Assembly (NCBI RefSeq): GCF_947497285.1
Contig: NZ_CANMFT010000004.1
Coordinates: 305,595-369,594 of the forward strand
DNA length: 64,000 nt
Source of the DNA: an uncultured Aliiroseovarius sp.
GTDB taxonomy: Bacteria; Pseudomonadota; Alphaproteobacteria; Rhodobacterales; Rhodobacteraceae
Direction: 5' to 3'
Shown: in pieces, positions 58,796-64,000 of the stretch
Layout of the letters: each line of letters begins with the position of its first letter
Numbering within the stretch: the first letter of the stretch is position 1
Made by a program: the position numbers and the translations under genes
Notes under the pieces: model-generated
What the model saw: only the letters and a program-made list of their open reading frames with translations
What the model was told of the DNA's origin: nothing
The model's database searches: none

Positions 58796-59257
58796 ATGAG
58801 CGCTTATGAAACCCGTCTTGCCGATCTTGGCGTCACCCTGCCTGACGCGCCTGCCCCTGCGGCAAACTATGTGCCCTATGTTCAGGTTGGCGACCTTGTG
58901 CATGTATCAGGCCAGATCTCGATGAAGGACGGCGCGTTCTTGACCGGCAAGCTGGGGGACGACATGACCGCCGAAGATGGGGCCAAAGCCGCCCGCAGCT
59001 GCGCGATCAGCCTGTTGGCGCAGGTCAAGGCCGCCTGTGGCGGTGATCTTGACAGGTTGGTGCGTGTCGTAAAACTTGTGGGCTTCGTCAACTCGACCGC
59101 CGAGTTTGGCGATCAACCCAAAGTGATCAATGGCGCCTCTGATTTCATGGTCGAAGCCCTGGGCGACGCAGGCCGCCATGCGCGTTCCGCCGTATCGGCC
59201 GCCAGCTTGCCCTTCGGCGTCGCGGTCGAAATCGAAGGCATCTTCCAGATCAGATGA
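58796..59257 (+). CDS. RidA/YjgF (Rid1-type) family protein
   Basis: PAANYVPY, SGQI and GRHARSAV. Confidence 0.92.
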   Translation: MSAYETRLADLGVTLPDAPAPAANYVPYVQVGDLVHVSGQISMKDGAFLTGKLGDDMTAEDGAKAARSCAISLLAQVKAACGGDLDRLVRVVKLVGFVNSTAEFGDQPKVINGASDFMVEALGDAGRHARSAVSAASLPFGVAVEIEGIFQIR

Positions 59258-60021
59258 CCGACGCGCCGATCCCCCTGACCGACAGCTTTCTGTCGCGCCC
59301 GATTGCCCATCGCGGCTATCACGATATCGGCGCGGGCCGTCCTGAAAACTCGCGTGCCGCAATCCGCGCTGCGATCGAACATGGCTACGGGATCGAGCTT
59401 GACCTGCAACTATCAAAAGACGCTCAGGCTATGGTTTTTCACGACTATGACCTGAAGCGCCTGACCGGTGAGGCCGGCGCAATCCAGCAGCGAGCCGCAC
59501 ATGATCTTGCGAAAATGACGCTTCTGCATGGCGACGAAAGCATACCAAGTTTCGCAGAGGTGCTGGCGATCGTCGCTGGGCGTGTCCCTTTGCTGGTCGA
59601 GCTGAAGGATCAGGACGGCGCCATGGGACCACGTGTCGGCGCGCTGGAACACGCCACCGCAATTGCCTTGAAAGACTATGAGGGCGATGTCGCCGTGATG
59701 TCATTCAACCCCCATTCAGTGGCCGCCTTTGGCAACCACAACACGGGTCGCCCGCTTGGCCTGACGACCGAGGCGTTTCAACAGAAAAAGAACACGCTGC
59801 TGCCCGCCGCGACGCGCCGGTATCTGCGCGATATCCCGGATTTTGATCGTGTTGGCGCAAGCTTCATCAGCCATGACGTAAACGACCTGCACAGCGCTGC
59901 CGTTGCCCGTCTGAAGGCGCGTGGCGTTCCGGTTCTCTGCTGGACCGTTCGATCAAAAGAGGTCGAAATTGACGCCCGCAAGATCGCTGACAACGTGACG
60001 TTTGAAGGCTACGCGGCTTGA
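59254..60021 (+). CDS. Glycerophosphodiester phosphodiesterase family protein
   Basis: IAHRG, PENS, GIELD, VFHD and LVELK. Confidence 0.92.
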   Translation: MTDAPIPLTDSFLSRPIAHRGYHDIGAGRPENSRAAIRAAIEHGYGIELDLQLSKDAQAMVFHDYDLKRLTGEAGAIQQRAAHDLAKMTLLHGDESIPSFAEVLAIVAGRVPLLVELKDQDGAMGPRVGALEHATAIALKDYEGDVAVMSFNPHSVAAFGNHNTGRPLGLTTEAFQQKKNTLLPAATRRYLRDIPDFDRVGASFISHDVNDLHSAAVARLKARGVPVLCWTVRSKEVEIDARKIADNVTFEGYAA

Positions 60022-60052
60022 CCTGTGATGCGCTCTGCGGCCCAATGATCCT

Positions 60053-61240
60053 GTGACAGGCACAACGGTTGAAATTCGCACACATCAGGCGCTTGACGGT
60101 ATTGCCGCACAAGACTGGGATGCCTGCGCCTGCCCGGAAACCACGGATGGTGGTCATCCGGCAGACCCCTTTACGACGCACCGTTTCCTGTCTGCGTTGG
60201 AGCAGTCGCGCAGCGTCGGCGAAGGCACGGGTTGGCATCCACACTACCTAAGCGTTCATGCAGATGGGCAGGTCATTGCAGTCGCGCCCCATTACGGCAA
60301 GTCACACAGTCAGGGTGAATATGTGTTTGATCACAGCTGGGCCGATGCATTTGAACGCGCGGGCGGGCGCTATTATCCCAAGCTGCAAATGGCCGTCCCT
60401 TTCACACCGGTCACCGGGCGACGTTTTCTGACTCGCCCGGGGTATGAGGCTGTCGGTCGATCCGCGCTGCTTCAGGGAATGATACAGGTGGCGACCGAGA
60501 ACGACCTGAGCTCTGCCCACATTTCGTTCTGCACAGAGGACGAGGCGAAACAGGGTGCCGCGATGGGGCTTTTGCATCGTCTAGGCCAGCAGTTTCACTG
60601 GCAGAATGCCAACTATGCTCAATTTGATGATTTTCTGACCGGTCTGAGCTCTCGCAAGCGCAAACAAATCCGTAAGGAACGCGCTCAGGCACAGAATTTC
60701 GGCGGCGAGATCATCTCGTTGACCGGGGATGACATTCAGCCTCATCACTGGGATGCATTCTGGCAGTTCTATCAGGACACAGGGGCGCGCAAATGGGGTC
60801 GCCCTTATTTGACGCGGGCGTTTTTTGATGCGCTGCATGACACAATGCGCGATGAGGTGCTTTTGGTTCTGGCCCAGCGCGATGGTCGATCGGTTGCGGG
60901 CGCGCTAAACCTGATCGGGCGGGACACGCTGTTTGGGCGTTACTGGGGCGCGCTGGAGCATCATCCCTGCTTGCATTTCGAGCTGTGCTATTATCAGGCA
61001 ATTGACTTCGCCATCACCCACGGGTTGGGGCGCGTCGAGGCAGGCGCCCAAGGCGAACACAAGCTCGCGCGCGGCTACATGCCGGTTGCCACTCATTCGC
61101 TCCACTGGATTGCCGACCCCGCCTTTCGTGACGCTGTCGAACAATTTCTGGTCGCGGAAAAAGAGGCCGTCGCAGAGGATATCGAGATCCTCACCACATA
61201 CGGCCCCTTCCGCAAATCAGACATGGACGACCACGACTAG
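60053..61240 (+). CDS. GNAT/FemAB-like protein (DUF482 type)
   Basis: KSHSQGEYVFDHSWA, PFTPVTG, LFGRYWG, HFELCYYQAI and EAGAQGEHK. GTG start. Confidence 0.88.
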   Translation: MTGTTVEIRTHQALDGIAAQDWDACACPETTDGGHPADPFTTHRFLSALEQSRSVGEGTGWHPHYLSVHADGQVIAVAPHYGKSHSQGEYVFDHSWADAFERAGGRYYPKLQMAVPFTPVTGRRFLTRPGYEAVGRSALLQGMIQVATENDLSSAHISFCTEDEAKQGAAMGLLHRLGQQFHWQNANYAQFDDFLTGLSSRKRKQIRKERAQAQNFGGEIISLTGDDIQPHHWDAFWQFYQDTGARKWGRPYLTRAFFDALHDTMRDEVLLVLAQRDGRSVAGALNLIGRDTLFGRYWGALEHHPCLHFELCYYQAIDFAITHGLGRVEAGAQGEHKLARGYMPVATHSLHWIADPAFRDAVEQFLVAEKEAVAEDIEILTTYGPFRKSDMDDHD

Positions 61241-61731
61241 GCGCTCATATCGGCCAACAACCCTTCGCCCGCCGAGGTTTCGCACATGCCGGGGTTGTCT
61301 TCGGCGTTCAACACCTTGACCACGCCGTCATCAACATACATCGCGAACCGTTGTGACCGGTTGATCAGCCCGACAGGCGGTGCGGTGAAGGCCATTCCGA
61401 TCGCTTTCGTAAAAGCGCCTTCAGCGTCTGCCAGCATGGTAATACCAGCCTTCGCCGCCCCTGTGCTTTCGCCCCAAGCCTGCATCACAAAGGGGTCGTT
61501 CACAGACACGCAGATCACCTCGTCCACGCCTTTTTTGTCAAAATCGGCTTTTGTGCGGATGAAGCTGGGCACATGTGCTGTCGTGCACGTACCAGTATAC
61601 GCGCCGGGCACGGCGAACAACACGATCTTGCGCCCCTTGGTCAACGTCGCAAGCTCGACGCCTTCTGGGCCATCGGCGCCCATCGTCAAAAGGGTTGCGT
61701 TTGGCAGTTTGTCACCAACTGAAATTGTCAT
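61237..61731 (-). CDS. Peroxiredoxin (Prx5-like)
   Basis: VPGAYTGTCTTAHVP (peroxidatic Cys) and SVNDPFVM. Confidence 0.93.
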   Translation of the reverse strand: MTISVGDKLPNATLLTMGADGPEGVELATLTKGRKIVLFAVPGAYTGTCTTAHVPSFIRTKADFDKKGVDEVICVSVNDPFVMQAWGESTGAAKAGITMLADAEGAFTKAIGMAFTAPPVGLINRSQRFAMYVDDGVVKVLNAEDNPGMCETSAGEGLLADMSA

Positions 61732-61813
61732 TTTCAAGATCCCTGATTGTGTTTCCGTCCTGCCTAGTCATAGTCTGCAAACCGCGTCAGGTCAGCAGAA
61801 ATGGAAGAACCTC

Positions 61814-63022
61814 ATGGCTCACGTTGTTGTCATCGGCGCCGGGCAAGCCGGTGCGTCATTGGTCGCCAAACTCCGCAACGCGGGATTTGACGGTGAAATT
61901 ACCCTGATCGGGGCCGAAACCGCACCACCCTACCAACGCCCGCCACTGTCGAAGGCTTATCTGCTGGGCGAGATGGAAGTGGAGCGGCTGTATTTGCGCC
62001 CCGAGAGTTTCTATGCGGAAAACAACATCACCCTGCGCCTTGGCACGCAGGTGGATGCGATTGACGCGGCCAATCATCTGGTGGTGATCGGGGACGAGAA
62101 ACTCCCCTATGACCAACTGGCGCTGACCACCGGGTCCGTGCCCCGCCGTCTGCCTGGCTCAATCGGCGGCGCACTTGAGGGCGTTCATGTTGTGCGCACG
62201 CTTGATGACGTGGACCGGATGGCGACCGAGTTCTCGCAAGGCCGCCGCGTGTTGATCATCGGTGGCGGCTATATCGGGTTGGAGGCCGCGGCCGTCGCTG
62301 CCAAGAAGGGCCTGAAGGTCACCCTTGTTGAGATGGCAGACCGTATCCTGCAACGTGTCGCAGCACCCGAAACCTCGGACTATTTCCGCGCTCTGCACAC
62401 CGCCCACGGCGTCGATATCCGCGAAGGGGTTGGGTTGGACCGACTGACAGGTGACGGACGCGTAACCGGGGCCGTTTTGTCTGACGGCACTACGCTTGAG
62501 GTCGATTTCGCGATTGTCGGCGTGGGCATCGCGCCGGACACCACCTTGGCCGAAGCTGCTGGGCTGGAGATTGACAACGGCATCAAGACCGACGCGCTGG
62601 GTCGCACGTCCGATACCGCCATCTGGGCGGCTGGCGATTGTGCGTCCTTCCCGTATCACGGCACGCGCATCCGGCTGGAAAGCGTGCCAAACGCCATTGA
62701 TCAGGCCGAAATTGTCGCCCGCAACATAATGGGCGAAAACGTAGACTATATCGCCACCCCGTGGTTCTGGTCGGATCAGTATGACGTGAAGCTTCAGATT
62801 GCCGGGCTCAATGTGGGCTACGACAACGTGGTCACGCGCCGTGATGGCGACGACGCCAGCGCGAGCTTCTGGTATTTTCAGGGCGACACGCTGCTGGCGG
62901 TTGACGCGATGAACGACCCGCGCGCCTATATGGTCGGCAAACGGCTGATCGAAAGCGGCAAATCGCCGGACAAAGCGATTGTCGCTGACTCGGCATCAGA
63001 CCTGAAACCGCTGCTGAAATGA
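61814..63022 (+). CDS. NAD(P)/FAD-dependent ferredoxin-reductase-like oxidoreductase
   Basis: GAGQAG, YQRPPLSK, GGGYIGLE, WAAGD and PWFWSDQY. True start is ATG 61814; the ORF track over-extends it. Confidence 0.92.
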   Translation: MAHVVVIGAGQAGASLVAKLRNAGFDGEITLIGAETAPPYQRPPLSKAYLLGEMEVERLYLRPESFYAENNITLRLGTQVDAIDAANHLVVIGDEKLPYDQLALTTGSVPRRLPGSIGGALEGVHVVRTLDDVDRMATEFSQGRRVLIIGGGYIGLEAAAVAAKKGLKVTLVEMADRILQRVAAPETSDYFRALHTAHGVDIREGVGLDRLTGDGRVTGAVLSDGTTLEVDFAIVGVGIAPDTTLAEAAGLEIDNGIKTDALGRTSDTAIWAAGDCASFPYHGTRIRLESVPNAIDQAEIVARNIMGENVDYIATPWFWSDQYDVKLQIAGLNVGYDNVVTRRDGDDASASFWYFQGDTLLAVDAMNDPRAYMVGKRLIESGKSPDKAIVADSASDLKPLLK

Positions 63023-63582
63023 GGATCATCGCAGGCCGTTTTCGTGGGCTGGCGCTGGCCAATGTTGGTAAAGGCGACGCGGGCGCGCATCTGCGCCCGA
63101 CCACCGACCGGGTGCGCGAGAGCCTGTTTTCCATGCTGATCGGCGGCCGTTTTGGCGACCCGATTGAGGGCGCACGGGTGCTGGACCTGTTTGCTGGCAC
63201 AGGCGCGCTGGGGCTTGAGGCCCTGTCGCGCGGCGCATCCCATGTGACCTTCGTGGATGATGGGCGCAAAGCGCTGTCCCTGATCCGCGAAAACGTCGCC
63301 AAGTGTCGATGTGCGGACGACGTGACAGTGGTGAAACGTGACGCGACGCGTTTGCCTGATGGGCAGCCCCACGACCTGATCTTCCTTGATCCACCTTACG
63401 GAAGTGGGTTGGGCGAAAAAGCATTGGACGCCGCGATCAAAGGCGGATGGGTCGCGCCAGATGCGCTGATCGTTTGGGAAGAAAGCGCGGCGATCACGCC
63501 CCCGGACGGGGTCGAATTGCTGGATGCCCGGCGATATGGGGATACGACAATCTCGATCCTCGAACGAGTGGGACGCGCATGA
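63019..63582 (+). CDS. rsmD: 16S rRNA m2G966 methyltransferase
   Basis: MRIIAGRFRG, RPTTDRVRESLF, DLFAGTGALG and DPPY. Confidence 0.96.
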   Translation: MRIIAGRFRGLALANVGKGDAGAHLRPTTDRVRESLFSMLIGGRFGDPIEGARVLDLFAGTGALGLEALSRGASHVTFVDDGRKALSLIRENVAKCRCADDVTVVKRDATRLPDGQPHDLIFLDPPYGSGLGEKALDAAIKGGWVAPDALIVWEESAAITPPDGVELLDARRYGDTTISILERVGRA

Positions 63583-63584
63583 CA

Positions 63585-63613
63585 AAAGGGCCGCCCCGAG
63601 GGACGGCCCTTTG
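63585..63613. terminator. Bidirectional terminator between rsmD and the TRAP SBP gene
   Basis: AAAGGGCCG...CGGCCCTTT hairpin. Confidence 0.78.
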
Positions 63614-63629
63614 CTAAAATTTCAGCGGC

Positions 63630-64000
63630 TTACCGCGCCCGCGTGACCGACACTGCCGCCTGCGCGTCGCGCACCATCGCAGCGCCATCAAGGCCTTTGC
63701 CGTTCATGTCCTCAATCCACTCGGCGATGACTTCGTCGCCCAGCGCGCGAATTTTGGCGGTCTCTTCCTCGGACAATTCGGCAATGGCATTGCCGTCTGC
63801 CGCCATTTTCTCGCGCCCAACCACGTCGCCGGTGTCATGCGCGCGACCTGCCAGAGCCGACGTGTGAAAGCCTGAATTCGCGTCGATCACGGCCTTCAGG
63901 TCATCGGGCAGCCCCTCGTAGACATTCTTGTTCATCGCCCAGATGAAATAGAGGTTATACAGCGACTTATCGCCCGCAACATCGGTGTGGCTGTCCGTCA
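63630..64000 (-). CDS. TRAP transporter substrate-binding protein (DctP family), 3' part; start lies beyond the right edge
   Basis: The frame stays open to the edge: ...LYNLYFIWAMNKNVYEGLPDDLKAVIDANSG...EWIEDMNGKGLDG, a typical DctP C-terminus. Confidence 0.8.
   Translation of the reverse strand, partial: TDSHTDVAGDKSLYNLYFIWAMNKNVYEGLPDDLKAVIDANSGFHTSALAGRAHDTGDVVGREKMAADGNAIAELSEEETAKIRALGDEVIAEWIEDMNGKGLDGAAMVRDAQAAVSVTRAR

Noticed and set aside
61286-61813. N-terminal extension of the 578-aa ORF 61286-63022
   Set aside because: It is the antisense shadow of the peroxiredoxin gene. The reductase Rossmann motif begins right after ATG 61814.
1-64000. Mobile elements, prophage, defence systems, rRNA and tRNA genes
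   Set aside because: No transposase, integrase, phage, cas or restriction-modification motifs, and no rRNA or tRNA signatures were recognised.

Overview
This is 64 kb of a high-GC alphaproteobacterial chromosome. Gene content and order point to Rhodobacteraceae (Roseobacter group); that is an inference and no search was run. About 65 CDS are present, almost all housekeeping. They include recR-ybaB-dnaX, nudC, pheA, cytochromes c and c', yejABEF, clpS, hemF/hemC/hemE, asd, a three-gene phospholipid module, paaI-paaK-TetR, a frmA-mbfA-AEC-nnrS-fghA cluster, glnK-amtB, PBP1A, mlaA/mlaC, an orphan type I secretion pair and rsmD. The SRP RNA (ffs) is also present. I saw no transposase, integrase, phage gene or CRISPR array. 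The notable signals are non-coding or too small for the ORF track. (1) Between ffs and dnaX, an rsgA-family GTPase is preceded by a 12-codon leader peptide (MTVLITLRAGNC) with a strong SD. Two mutually exclusive RNA hairpins would hide or expose the rsgA SD, making this a candidate ribosome-sensing attenuator. (2) A 66-bp-period tandem repeat with two hairpins per copy abuts the SRP 3' end. (3) A 14-nt motif is shared by the rsgA leader and the long structured leader of a DEAD-box helicase. (4) A candidate three-way-junction sRNA lies next to DUF2794. (5) An unannotated 55-aa membrane protein with a TatA-like N-terminus sits in an AT-rich patch. (6) An Hpt-like protein appears to lack the canonical His. 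Start codons were often moved from the ORF track using RBS position and family knowledge. All pairings and motifs were found by eye.
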